Shown here: positions 1 to 8,177 of the stretch, in pieces | Layout of the letters: every line of letters begins with the position of its first letter | Position numbering within the stretch: position 1 is the first letter of the stretch | From: an uncultured virus (IMG/VR IMGVR_UViG_3300009466_000002) | Lineage: Duplodnaviria > Heunggongvirae > Uroviricota > Caudoviricetes | Length of the DNA stretch: 20,000 bases | Strand: one strand, 5' to 3' | Virus record (IMG/VR): IMGVR_UViG_3300009466_000002 | The notes under the pieces: model-generated | The model's database searches: none | Seen by the model: only the letters and a program-made list of their open reading frames with translations | Told to the model about the DNA's origin: nothing | Made by a program: the position numbers and the translations under genes

Positions 1-737
1 AGGTCTTCGGCTTCTTTCAGGCCCCCTCCGATTTGACCGACTTGGGCAGCAACAATGCCGAAGACTTCAATGACTTCGTTGGAAGTTACACCCGCGAGTG
101 CGATCGACCGTTCTCGGATGGAATCGATGCGTTTTCCAACTTCGCCAGTTAGCGAGACGATCTTCTCGTAGGGATCAGTAATTTCTTTCCCACCTCTTAA
201 GACTCTATTTGTTGAGGCTAGGGTTGTCTGTGTCTTTAGGATGGTTTCTCGTAGCTGGATCTCGCGTCCAATGGTCTCTTTGAATAGACCGCCGAATGCG
301 GCTTGGGTTATTTTGGCCGCTTCGTTGATTGCATAAAGGCTAAAAGCTATTCGGGTTAGCTTGCCTACTAGGGTCTCGGCGGCTTTGCCTGCTGTCTCAA
401 GCGTGCCTTTTATGACGGCACCGGCGTCTCCTACGCTCTTGCTGCTTTCGCTAGCGACTGTGCCAACAGTGCGTAACTGACCAGCGACTTCATTGATGCT
501 GCTAATGGGGCCTACAGGAAGTTTGCTGGCTACCCTGTAGAAATCTTGGATGCTATTAGTCGCACTTGTTATGTCCTTTTTGAGGTCTGCAAAGTTCTTG
601 CTTACATCAGAATAGTTTGGTATTTCAAGTTTGATTTGTCTTAGCTTAGTAGCTTCGTCTGCTAAGCGTTGTACGCCACCAAGTTTGCGCTCGGCGTCCT
701 GAGTTTCAGCTGTAACTTTGAGCTGAAAGTCAGCCAC
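1..737 (-). CDS. Tail tape measure protein, N-terminal part (runs off the left edge; missing from the ORF track)
   Basis: I translated it by hand from GTG at 737 (MADFQLKVTAETQDAERKLGGVQRLADEATK...IALAGVTSNEVIEVFGIVAAQVGQIGGGLKEAED) and it is open to base 1. It is Ala/Gly/Thr-rich and helical, and lies directly downstream of the tail chaperone frameshift pair, which is the canonical tape measure position. Confidence 0.85.
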   Translation of the reverse strand, partial: MADFQLKVTAETQDAERKLGGVQRLADEATKLRQIKLEIPNYSDVSKNFADLKKDITSATNSIQDFYRVASKLPVGPISSINEVAGQLRTVGTVASESSKSVGDAGAVIKGTLETAGKAAETLVGKLTRIAFSLYAINEAAKITQAAFGGLFKETIGREIQLRETILKTQTTLASTNRVLRGGKEITDPYEKIVSLTGEVGKRIDSIRERSIALAGVTSNEVIEVFGIVAAQVGQIGGGLKEAED

Positions 738-764
738 CTCTGCGCCCTATTCGCTATCCGTATG

Positions 765-1244
765 TTACGGCTGCCTTTCGGCCGGGGTTAGAAGTGCAGT
801 GAGGGCGTGAACGGGTAGGCGACGTTGTCTACCGAGCTCGGTGAGGATGAAACGCGTGGGTTGGTCGGGTCCTTCGGCTTCGGTTGTGGAGGGGCGCCAG
901 TCGGGGAAGGGTAAGAACTCCTGCACCTTGGTCTTGGGTGCGGCGCGTTTGGAACCGGAGAAGCCGTGCGCGATTTGGAGGAGAATCTGGGTGAGGCGAG
1001 CTGTGGGTAGAGCCCTGAGGTTCGCCCGAGATTGTTCGTGATCGTCGAGTTGGCGCAGCGCCCATCGGATGGTGCCGATGGGGGTGCGAAGGAAGCGCTC
1101 TCGGGGGAAGTCGTCCCCGAGAGGGGACATGCGGAGGCGGACGTAGATGGCGTCCCAATCTGTGAGTGGAGAGCGAAGGTGCTCCTCACACTGTTTCAGG
1201 ATTTGGTCGGGGGTGGGCTGAATTCCGGTTCGTCCTCGGGGGGC
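765..1244 (-). CDS. Tail assembly chaperone, T-like extension (expressed as a G-T fusion by -1 frameshift)
   Basis: The frame of ORF 765..1130 stays open upstream to the slippery site at 1244-1250 (APRGRTGIQPTPDQILKQCEEHLRSPLTDWDAIYVRLR-MSPLGDD...). It lies immediately before the tape measure gene. Confidence 0.8.
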   Translation of the reverse strand, partial: APRGRTGIQPTPDQILKQCEEHLRSPLTDWDAIYVRLRMSPLGDDFPRERFLRTPIGTIRWALRQLDDHEQSRANLRALPTARLTQILLQIAHGFSGSKRAAPKTKVQEFLPFPDWRPSTTEAEGPDQPTRFILTELGRQRRLPVHALTALLTPAERQP

Positions 1245-1747
1245 TTTCCCTCGCTTTCAGGCTCGGGCCAGCCGTCGCGCTCCCAGGCAATCATCTGGAA
1301 GACCTCTTCCATGAGCTTGGTGGGCATGGATTCGGTGTCGGCCTCGGTCCAGTCGGGGACTTTTTGCCAGTCCTTGGTTTTGGGCAGCTTGACCTCAGCG
1401 CGGTGCTGCATGAAGAGGGTGACAAAGGCCACCTGCTGCTCAACAGCGCCAATGCCGCTGCGCTGCATCTCCTCGAGCTCGGTGGCGTAGTCGTAGAGGA
1501 CGTCTTGATTGTCGTTGCTGGCGTTGCTGAGAAGGTCGATTGCCTCTTTTGTAGAGATGCCCTTGTCTTCGGCTATACGTTTAGCGAGCTTGATGGATGC
1601 GAAGGTTGATCGTGATTGTTTGCGCGACAGCGCTTCGATTCCTTTGGCTTCACCGGGGACGAGATCGTTGTAGATCGGAAAGCGGAAGGGACCAATCGCG
1701 TGGTATTCCTCGGGGGCAAAGAGAAGCGAGGCGTACTTACTCATCAC
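1196..1747 (-). CDS. Tail assembly chaperone (lambda gpG-like)
   Basis: 183-aa acidic helical protein between the tail tube and tape measure genes, with G-GGA-AAG (Gly-Lys) near its 3' end. Confidence 0.8.
   Translation of the reverse strand: MMSKYASLLFAPEEYHAIGPFRFPIYNDLVPGEAKGIEALSRKQSRSTFASIKLAKRIAEDKGISTKEAIDLLSNASNDNQDVLYDYATELEEMQRSGIGAVEQQVAFVTLFMQHRAEVKLPKTKDWQKVPDWTEADTESMPTKLMEEVFQMIAWERDGWPEPESEGKPPEDEPEFSPPPTKS
1244..1250 (-). other. Programmed -1 ribosomal frameshift slippery heptamer GGGAAAG
   Basis: The plus strand reads ctttccc at 1244-1250, phased G GGA AAG in the chaperone frame. The -1 frame is open and continuous with ORF 765..1130. The heptamer is the same as in lambda G-T. 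Confidence 0.88.
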
Positions 1748-1970
1748 GAATAGGGAGCGCTACCTGCCACGCACGGAATGGCGCGGGTTGGTTGACGAGC
1801 TCGGGGGGTAGTTCGATCTCTACTGTAGCGTCGGCATACGCTAAGCGTATAAACTGGCTCTGGACGAGGGGTTCAAGGTAGAGGGCTCCGCAGTGGAGCG
1901 TGGAGCCTTCCACCGAACAATTAACTGCAAAGACCGTGTTGATTGGGTCTATAAGAAGATCGTGCTGCAT
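1737..1970 (-). CDS. Small hypothetical protein (77 aa) between tail tube and chaperone
   Basis: ATG-started ORF that fills the gap and overlaps the chaperone start; protein-like composition; no family recognised. Confidence 0.65.
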   Translation of the reverse strand: MQHDLLIDPINTVFAVNCSVEGSTLHCGALYLEPLVQSQFIRLAYADATVEIELPPELVNQPAPFRAWQVALPIRDE

Positions 1971-1976
1971 AAGTGC

Positions 1977-2003
1977 AAAGAAAAAGGGCCCATTGCGGGC
2001 CCT
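1977..2003 (-). terminator. Intrinsic terminator downstream of the major tail gene
   Basis: The minus strand reads AGGGCCC-GCAAT-GGGCCCT followed by TTTTCTTT, about 20 nt after the stop of 2026..3039. Confidence 0.8.
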
Positions 2004-2025
2004 AGTGGTTTGACACGCTCGGGGA

Positions 2026-3039
2026 TCAGGCGGTCTTGAAGGTGGCGGTGAGGCCCTGGAGTGGGCGCTTCACACCGGAGGCAGAGGCGGCGCCGGAGGC
2101 ATCCACCGCTTGGGTGATGGCGCCATCGGCCACGACGAGGCGGTAGATGGTGGCGGCTGCCAGGTCCGCGCTCGGGTTGATGGTCACCACGTTGGTGCCG
2201 GCGCCACCGAGGGTGACGGTGGCGGGAACCTTGGCGCCGGTGGAGGCGTTCTCCAGGCTGAAGCCGGAACCGTCGGCTTGACCCAGGGCGAGTTGGGTCA
2301 GGGCTGTGGTGCCGTCGCTGGTGTAGGTGACGGTGATGTTGTCGCCGACGGCGTGGCTGTCGGCGTTGTTCACCGGGCTCACTGCGGCCTGGCGGGTGCC
2401 GTTCACGAGGAAGAGCAGGCTGGAGAGGACGCCGCCAGAGCTAATGGCCGAGGCGCCGGCGTCGTAGCGACCGAAGACGGGCCGGGCGCGGGACATCAGG
2501 TCGAACGAGATCTCGGTGAGGCCCTCAGCGGTGAGGTTCTCCGAGTAGTTCTGGATCACGGCGTTGAAGCCGGTGAAGTCGTAGATGTAGTTGCCCGAGG
2601 TGCCGTCGGCTTGGCCCAGCTCCTTGAGGAACTCGATGTAGATCTCGTAGTCCTTGTTGTAGCGGGCTTTTTGGATCAGCTCGAAGCCTTCGTTGTAGCC
2701 GCCGCGGAAGATGGGGCAGTCCTGGCCGGCAGGGACTTCGGTGTCCTTCAGGAAGTAGGCGGTCACCGATGCCTGCACGGAGGACCCGGTGATCACGCTG
2801 TCCATCCAGCCGTCATCACCCAGGAGACGGAACTCCTGGTTGTTGTCGTTGATCTGGAAGCTGGTGTTGGTGATGCCCTGGAGCTCGACGTAGCTGGCGC
2901 CGGTGTCGAGGGTGGGCAGGGTGATCGCGCCCGCGGTGGAGCGGGTGGCGAAGTAGCGGCAGGGTGGGGTCAGATCCACGGCGCGGACGATGGTCCGGTG
3001 CGCCTTGTGGAACGACAGCCCGATGGCGTAGTCAGCCAT
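2026..3039 (-). CDS. Major tail tube protein with C-terminal Ig-like (Big_5/SbsA-type) domain
   Basis: 337 aa, with a TAAGGAG Shine-Dalgarno upstream and a terminator downstream. The N-terminal part is beta-rich and tube-like (FRLLGDDGWMDSVITG...FTGFNAVIQNYSE...ISFDL). The C-terminus shows the Big_5-type pattern VSPVNNA...NITVTY...VTINPSADLAAATIYRLVVADG...TATFKT. Confidence 0.8.
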   Translation of the reverse strand: MADYAIGLSFHKAHRTIVRAVDLTPPCRYFATRSTAGAITLPTLDTGASYVELQGITNTSFQINDNNQEFRLLGDDGWMDSVITGSSVQASVTAYFLKDTEVPAGQDCPIFRGGYNEGFELIQKARYNKDYEIYIEFLKELGQADGTSGNYIYDFTGFNAVIQNYSENLTAEGLTEISFDLMSRARPVFGRYDAGASAISSGGVLSSLLFLVNGTRQAAVSPVNNADSHAVGDNITVTYTSDGTTALTQLALGQADGSGFSLENASTGAKVPATVTLGGAGTNVVTINPSADLAAATIYRLVVADGAITQAVDASGAASASGVKRPLQGLTATFKTA

Positions 3040-3051
3040 TGTTGGGACTCC

Positions 3052-3525
3052 TTAAGGGATCGGGGGGTTCAGGACGGCGCCGCGGATGCGTGCCGTGAGG
3101 GACTCGAAGGTCGCCTCGGTTCGGGCCAGGTACGTGACTTGGTCCCGGGGGAAGGCACGGGAGAGGCGACGGGCGATGTCCAGCAGGGATGCCGGCATGC
3201 GGGTGCCTTCCTTGGTGCCGTAGTTCGTGAAGCGGACGGACCAGCTCTCGAAGGAGATGACGCCGCCGACCGAACCGGGGCTGGTGATCTCGGGGACGTC
3301 CTCGATGACGCACTCGATGCCGGTGATGGTCCAGTTGGAGGGGACCATCGAGGCGCCGGTGACGTAGACCGCGGGAACGCGGCTGGAGTCGGGGAGCGTG
3401 TAGTACCCGGGCCAGGCGGTGTACGCCTTGAGGGTGGTCCCGTCGCTCTCGTAGAGGTCGAGGATGTGGAGCTCAAGGGTGCGCCGCAGCGCGGTGACCG
3501 GTGGGCACTGGGTGGAGATCGTCAC
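3052..3525 (-). CDS. Putative tail terminator/completion protein (about 157 aa; true start GTG 3525, not 3912)
   Basis: The GTG at 3523-3525 overlaps the TGA of the upstream gene (GTGA). The protein-like part begins VTISTQCPPVTALRR. Function is inferred from its position just before the tail tube. Confidence 0.6.
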   Translation of the reverse strand: MTISTQCPPVTALRRTLELHILDLYESDGTTLKAYTAWPGYYTLPDSSRVPAVYVTGASMVPSNWTITGIECVIEDVPEITSPGSVGGVISFESWSVRFTNYGTKEGTRMPASLLDIARRLSRAFPRDQVTYLARTEATFESLTARIRGAVLNPPIP

Positions 3526-3896
3526 TGCTGGGCCTCCAGCGCGGAGCGCAGCAGTTGGCCGAACTTGGCGGGGGCCTCCTCGAGGGGGGCTTTGGTCCAG
3601 GGACGGCCAGGGAAGCGGAGGCCGGTGGTGGCAACTCCGCCCTCGTGGACTTGGCCGGCGTATTCGACGGGCCAGGTAAAGGTGATGGAGCCGTCGGCGT
3701 TGACGACTCGGGTCTGGCTGGCGCGAAGGCGGCCGGTGTCCACGATGTCCCGCACTTGGGGCGGGGTGGGGTACTCCCACTTCGCGGCCGAGATTTCCTC
3801 GGTGAAGCGGGTGTCGAGCCAGGTGCCGAGTTGGCGGGTCGCTTGCGCGACGGCCGTGTTCAGCGCTTGGTTCAGTTGGCGTTGAGGGCGGGCCAT
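3522..3896 (-). CDS. HK97 gp10-like neck/tail completion protein
   Basis: Motifs IVDTGRLRAS, YAGQVHEG and PGRPW are typical of the HK97 gp10-like family; position in the neck cluster fits. Confidence 0.8.
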   Translation of the reverse strand: MARPQRQLNQALNTAVAQATRQLGTWLDTRFTEEISAAKWEYPTPPQVRDIVDTGRLRASQTRVVNADGSITFTWPVEYAGQVHEGGVATTGLRFPGRPWTKAPLEEAPAKFGQLLRSALEAQQ

Positions 3897-4294
3897 CAGA
3901 TGGGTCCTCCAACGACGCGGAAGGTGCCTTCGATGGATTGGCGCAGGTCCTTCCGGTGGAAGGAATCCATGGCCAGGTCGAAGACGAGCTCGAAACGTCC
4001 TCGGTAACCGTTGATCACGGCTTCGGCTTGGGAGCCGTTGGTGATGCGGGGGTCGAGGAGTGCCGGGCTGAGCAGACGGCCTCGGCAGGAGTAGGTGGTG
4101 GCGTCGGTGCCGGACTCGGGCTTCCAGGTGGGGGCCTGGAGGGTGAGGGCGGCGAGGTATTCGACGATCTCGGTGGATTGGGTGGCGTTGCCGGTGGTGG
4201 GATCTGTGGTGGCCAGACCGGTGCCGACTTCAAACGCGAGCTGGGCGTTACCCCAGGGGGCGTAGGCGGCAAGGGTGGTGGCCGAGATCGCCAT
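3896..4294 (-). CDS. Putative head closure / head-tail joining protein
   Basis: 132-aa beta-rich ORF coupled between the adaptor and gp10-like genes. Function is inferred from synteny. Confidence 0.55.
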   Translation of the reverse strand: MAISATTLAAYAPWGNAQLAFEVGTGLATTDPTTGNATQSTEIVEYLAALTLQAPTWKPESGTDATTYSCRGRLLSPALLDPRITNGSQAEAVINGYRGRFELVFDLAMDSFHRKDLRQSIEGTFRVVGGPI

Positions 4295-4296
4295 GG

Positions 4297-4605
4297 CTAC
4301 AGCGCGAATCCACTGAGGGGCCTGCTATCGAGCAGGCGCTTGTACTCCTGGCCGTAGAGGGTTGAGTCGAAGCCCGAGCCTGTGGGGGCGCCGGACTTGG
4401 TCTCGATCTGGAGGCCGATCTGCATGGTGCGGGTGGCCAGCAGGTGGGCAGCGAGGTAGCTGACGGCTTCGGTGTGGACGGTCCCCCAGGTTTCGGAGGG
4501 CGTGGACCGGCCCGCCTCGGCGAGAGTTCCTTCTACGACCGAGAGCGATTGCTCGCCGAACTCGGGGAAGCGGAGGAGGAACTCAGCGCTCGAGGGGACT
4601 GCCAT
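4297..4605 (-). CDS. Head-tail adaptor, DUF4054-like
   Basis: The pattern FLLRFPEF...YLAAHLL...STLYGQEY matches DUF4054-type adaptors that accompany DUF2184 capsids. Confidence 0.8.
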   Translation of the reverse strand: MAVPSSAEFLLRFPEFGEQSLSVVEGTLAEAGRSTPSETWGTVHTEAVSYLAAHLLATRTMQIGLQIETKSGAPTGSGFDSTLYGQEYKRLLDSRPLSGFAL

Positions 4606-5018
4606 TAGCCGTTACCTTCGGTGATGGCGCTGATGCGCTTGCCGATGGCGTTCTTCACGCGGATGCGGGAGTCCTTTGCATCCCAGAGGCGGAGTTGCTC
4701 GGTGTCGAAGCTGTCCTCGATCAGGCGCAGGGCGTCTTGAAGGGGGATGTCCGCGAGGGACTTGTTGGCTTCGGCGGGAGCTGCTTTGGCCTCGGTCACG
4801 TCCTCGGTTTCGATGCGAAGGGCACCGAGCTTGAGGAGGTTTTTGACCACGTCGTAGTCCTTGATCCGGGCCCAGACGTCCTCGGGGAAGTCACGGGTGA
4901 CACCCGAGGAGAGCTGGATGCTGTCGGTCAGGCCGCCGCCGTTGACGAACGAGAAACCGATGGAGCACTCCTTGTCCATCGGGGGGTTTTCAAGTTCAGG
5001 GCGGTAAACGATGATCAT
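4605..5018 (-). CDS. Hypothetical protein downstream of the major capsid gene
   Basis: 137-aa ORF with high-GC3 codon usage, coupled to the adaptor gene. The helical C-terminus is ...LRLWDAKDSRIRVKNAIGKRI. Confidence 0.7.
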   Translation of the reverse strand: MIIVYRPELENPPMDKECSIGFSFVNGGGLTDSIQLSSGVTRDFPEDVWARIKDYDVVKNLLKLGALRIETEDVTEAKAAPAEANKSLADIPLQDALRLIEDSFDTEQLRLWDAKDSRIRVKNAIGKRISAITEGNG

Positions 5019-5060
5019 GACTGAGTGAAGAGATTGTGCTGACCCATTCTGACTGGGTTA

Positions 5061-5086
5061 GAAAAGGCGAAAAGTTACGCCTTTTC
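5061..5086 (-). terminator. Stem-loop over the capsid stop codon (possible terminator or mRNA stabiliser)
   Basis: Perfect 9-bp inverted repeat GAAAAGGCG (5061-5069) / CGCCTTTTC (5078-5086), with the capsid TAA inside the 8-nt loop. Confidence 0.55.
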
Positions 5087-5992
5087 GAGCACCAGTGCGC
5101 TCTTGGGGTAGTAGAGCGAGAGGCCACCGATGCGTGCGTGAGCAGCAACGGTGAACTCGAGGGCCTGGCGCAGGGGAGGCAGGAACTCCAGAGCCTGGGG
5201 GATGTGCAGTTGCAGCTTGTCGGGGCTGCGGTCGTACACCACGATCCGGTCTTTGGACAGCGTGCCGCCGGACTTGCCTGCTTCCAGCTCGTTGATCGGC
5301 TCGATGGCCTGGATCATCGGGTTGGTGCGCAGGAAGAACTCCATCACCGTGGTGTCCGAGGTGGTCGAACGGGGGGTGGTGGAGATGATGCGGTACACGT
5401 TGTAGGGCACCAGCATCGTGTTGGGCATCTCCTTCATGTTGGAGTTCTGAACGAGGCGGGTGGGTGCCTCGTTCAGAAGGGCCAGCATCTCGTCGGTGGT
5501 GACACCGGCGGTGTCGAACCACTTGTCGGGGACAAGCTTGTCGACTTGATCGTTGTTGAAGAAGCCCTTCATGCCGGAGGGGGCGTCGCCGAAGTAGGCG
5601 ATCTCCTGCACTTTCTCCTCGTAAGCGCGACGGACGGCGTTGGCCCGGCGCTGCTCGAGGTTCATGCCGGGCACCATGGCGGCGGCACGGGTTTCTTGGA
5701 TGGTGTAGGCGAAGGAGGCACCCAGCGAGCGAATCGGGTGGGTGACTTCCTTGCGCAGGACGTCAGCGCGGGGCAGGTCCTGGGCTTTGTCGCCGATGAC
5801 CTTCATCGAGCCTTGCTTGTCGAAGACTCGGTAGGTGTAGGAATCAGCGCCGTTGCCGACCTCGGAGGAGATGGGGATCAGGCTGCTGTACTTGATGTCG
5901 GCGTACTCGACCTCGAAGGTGCGAGCCAGGATGGTTTCCAGCTCGCGGGCGAGAAAGATGCCGACCTCGTCGTTACGGATTTCGGTGGTCAT
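5075..5992 (-). CDS. Major capsid protein, DUF2184-type (HK97 fold)
   Basis: Likely start is ATG 5992 (MTTEIRNDEVGIFLARELE). Motifs DLPRAD, YTIQE..AA, IAYFGD...GFFN, PNTMLVP and GGLSLYYP are typical of DUF2184 capsids. It follows the protease and decoration genes. Confidence 0.9.
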   Translation of the reverse strand: MTTEIRNDEVGIFLARELETILARTFEVEYADIKYSSLIPISSEVGNGADSYTYRVFDKQGSMKVIGDKAQDLPRADVLRKEVTHPIRSLGASFAYTIQETRAAAMVPGMNLEQRRANAVRRAYEEKVQEIAYFGDAPSGMKGFFNNDQVDKLVPDKWFDTAGVTTDEMLALLNEAPTRLVQNSNMKEMPNTMLVPYNVYRIISTTPRSTTSDTTVMEFFLRTNPMIQAIEPINELEAGKSGGTLSKDRIVVYDRSPDKLQLHIPQALEFLPPLRQALEFTVAAHARIGGLSLYYPKSALVLEKA

Positions 5993-6009
5993 GGGAGGAA
6001 GCTCCGTGA

Positions 6010-6621
6010 TCAAGTGTCGGCGGAGTAGGTCATGCCGGGGATGTCAATCTCCAGCAGAACCAGGCCGGCGGCGGTGGTTTCAGACAGCCAACGAGCGCCG
6101 GTGATGGCGACGGTCTTGTTGGCAACAGCGGTCTTGGTGAAGCGACCGAGGAAGGCGCCGGTGACGGTGCCGGAGTGGTCAGCGTTGTAGAAGCGGACCG
6201 CGTCGCCGAGGGCGATGGCGGTGGCGCTGTACACCCAGATCACACCTTTGGAGACCACGTTGACGGTCTCGGTGTTGGGATAGCCGTAGCGGCCATCGCT
6301 GTACACCGGGGTGGGGTTGGGGGTGTAGGTGGAGCCGAGGCTTGCGCCTTCGAGCACCTGGGAGCTGACGGCGAGGCCCTGGATCAGGGTCGCGTCCTCG
6401 GCGATCTTCACCGCGAGAGCGTCATTGCTGGTGGGGCTGTTGTCGGTCTGGACCAGCACGCCATAGGGGATGGCGGCGCCGGATTGGTTGCGGTAGCTGC
6501 GGCAGACGTATGCCTGCAGGTCAGCCAGCATGCCCTCGTGACCGGCGACTTCGCGCAGCGGGTAGCTGCCTTGGGCGCCGGAGGGGTTGGCGACGGTGGT
6601 GGCGGTAAAAGTAACGGCCAT
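6010..6621 (-). CDS. Capsid decoration/cement protein
   Basis: 203 aa between scaffold and capsid, with an AAGGAG RBS. Motifs AIPYGVLV...VNVVSKGVIWV...GDAV resemble cement proteins of DUF2184 phages. Confidence 0.75.
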   Translation of the reverse strand: MAVTFTATTVANPSGAQGSYPLREVAGHEGMLADLQAYVCRSYRNQSGAAIPYGVLVQTDNSPTSNDALAVKIAEDATLIQGLAVSSQVLEGASLGSTYTPNPTPVYSDGRYGYPNTETVNVVSKGVIWVYSATAIALGDAVRFYNADHSGTVTGAFLGRFTKTAVANKTVAITGARWLSETTAAGLVLLEIDIPGMTYSADT

Positions 6622-6633
6622 GGAAGGAACTCC

Positions 6634-7899
6634 TTACTTAGTGGCGGTGAGGGGGCGCTTCCAGGCATCCGCTTGCCGTGCTCGGTAGGAGTCCACCGGG
6701 GAAGCGGAACCGCGACCGGCGCCTTTGAGGGCGTCGCGCAGGGAAGTGGTGCTGTCGGCGCGATCTTCCTTGGTCTCGGGCTCTTCGCCTTCGGCCTCGG
6801 GAGCGTCACCTTCGGCCTCGTCGGCTTTGTCCTCGTCGTCAGCGCGGGCGCTGAGGATGCCGTCCACGACGCCTTGGATGTAGGCGGGGGAGGCGTCTTC
6901 GCGAGGAGCGGAACCGGTGAGGTTCTCGAAGGCTTGGGTGTAGAGCGCGTCATCGTCGACGCCGTCGAACTTGAAGTCCTCGGCGAAGGCGGGGGCGAGG
7001 CGCTGGAGGGTCGTCAGGCGAGCAGCGACGAGCTGGTCGAGCTCGGCGGTGTCGATGCGGGCGGCGCCGGACTCGAGCTCGGTGACGCGCTCGTCGAGAG
7101 CGTCGGCTCGGCCTTCAGCGGCCTCTTTGTCGTAGGCGAGGGCGTCGATCTCTTCCTGTTGGGCGTCGAGCTTTTTGGTGAGCTCGTCGCGCTCGGTGGT
7201 CACAGATTTCAGCTGGCGCTCCATGTCCCGTGCGAAGGACTGGACCGCGCTAGCTGCTTCTGCGGGCAGATCGATCTCCAGGCCGTCGAGTTTGACGGTG
7301 GCCATAACGGGAGATGCAGTTGTACAGGGCTGGAGCGCCGGATCGATGGCGACGGCGTCGGCCGCGTCCATGCGATCCATGAGAAGGCGTACCTCCGGGC
7401 CAGCCCGGCCACGGGGCACGATGGCGATGTGGTTTACCCGGATGTTGCGTTGGACACCGGCGTACTCTTCGCCCTCGGGTGTTAATCCGGGGGTGGGGTC
7501 GAAATCGACCTTGTAGCCAGCGGACACCTCAGTGGCGTCTTTGCGTTTGATCTTCTCGATGGCGTCTTGGTCAGTGACGACCAGAGCGACTTCGACGAAT
7601 CCGTCGTTGTACCGAACTTGACTACCGGAGTAGCCGACTTGGTACTGCTTGGTGTTCGCGGCGTCGAGAAGAACCGGGGGGTGGCCCCACGTCGCGGGTT
7701 TCATACCGAACGTGGTGAGGGAATCAGGGTTGCTGACTTCCTCGGGTGGGCGGTATTCCCGGACTTGGGATCCATCTGCGCGGCGGTAGAGCTGAGTGCC
7801 CGTCCGCGCTGCACGACACCACACTCGGAGGTAACCCTCGTCGGTGGTTTCGCTGCCTGTGATAGGCGCGAAGTCGTAGCGAGAAACAGATGTTTCCAT
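6634..7899 (-). CDS. DUF2213 prohead protease fused to a coiled-coil scaffold
   Basis: N-terminal TDEGYL...ARTGTQLY...EYRPPEEV...T.GHP...EVSAGY...QRNIRVNHIAIVPRGRAG is the DUF2213 signature. The C-terminal half is acidic and coiled-coil. Confidence 0.9.
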   Translation of the reverse strand: METSVSRYDFAPITGSETTDEGYLRVWCRAARTGTQLYRRADGSQVREYRPPEEVSNPDSLTTFGMKPATWGHPPVLLDAANTKQYQVGYSGSQVRYNDGFVEVALVVTDQDAIEKIKRKDATEVSAGYKVDFDPTPGLTPEGEEYAGVQRNIRVNHIAIVPRGRAGPEVRLLMDRMDAADAVAIDPALQPCTTASPVMATVKLDGLEIDLPAEAASAVQSFARDMERQLKSVTTERDELTKKLDAQQEEIDALAYDKEAAEGRADALDERVTELESGAARIDTAELDQLVAARLTTLQRLAPAFAEDFKFDGVDDDALYTQAFENLTGSAPREDASPAYIQGVVDGILSARADDEDKADEAEGDAPEAEGEEPETKEDRADSTTSLRDALKGAGRGSASPVDSYRARQADAWKRPLTATK

Positions 7900-7906
7900 G
7901 GCACCA

Positions 7907-7929
7907 CATTACGTGCTTCGCGTGTAATG
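7907..7929. promoter_or_regulatory. Inverted repeat CATTAC-N11-GTAATG in the divergent protease/HTH intergenic region (candidate operator)
   Basis: cattac at 7907-7912 and gtaatg at 7924-7929, inside a 62-bp gap between divergent genes. Confidence 0.35.
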
Positions 7930-7961
7930 AGTAGCCTTAAACGGTAAGCGGATAGAGCTCT

Positions 7962-8177
7962 GTGGCCATTCACAGGCAGTTGGCGCTGTGTCGTCGTATT
8001 AGAGGCTTAAGGGAGTCGAGTGGGCTCACACAAATGCAGGTTGCAGAGACACTTTGTGTGAGTCAGGCGGCGTACAGCAGGCTGGAAAAGGGAGAGGTTG
8101 AGATTTCACTCTCAAAGTTGTTTGTTTTGGCTGAGCTCTATGGGATGTCGTTGCACAAGCTGATCGACGGGATTTAG
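7962..8177 (+). CDS. XRE/Cro-C1 family helix-turn-helix regulator
   Basis: RIRGLRESSGLTQMQVAETLCVSQAAYSRLEKGEVEISLSKLFVLAELYG is a classic HTH_3 pattern. Confidence 0.92.
   Translation: MAIHRQLALCRRIRGLRESSGLTQMQVAETLCVSQAAYSRLEKGEVEISLSKLFVLAELYGMSLHKLIDGI

Noticed and set aside
2110..3885. 591-aa plus-strand ORF (also 5036..6028, 6175..7485, 16531..17217 and similar)
   Set aside because: These are antisense shadows of high-GC3 minus-strand genes. They have no recognisable motifs and fully overlap confident structural genes.
3526..3912. N-terminal part (about 130 aa) of ORF 3052..3912
   Set aside because: It overlaps the gp10-like gene in another frame and is Arg/Pro junk. A coupled GTG start at 3525 explains the real gene.
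5075..5992. Encapsulin/linocin nanocompartment
   Set aside because: The fold is related, but the terminase, portal and tail context identify it as a phage capsid.
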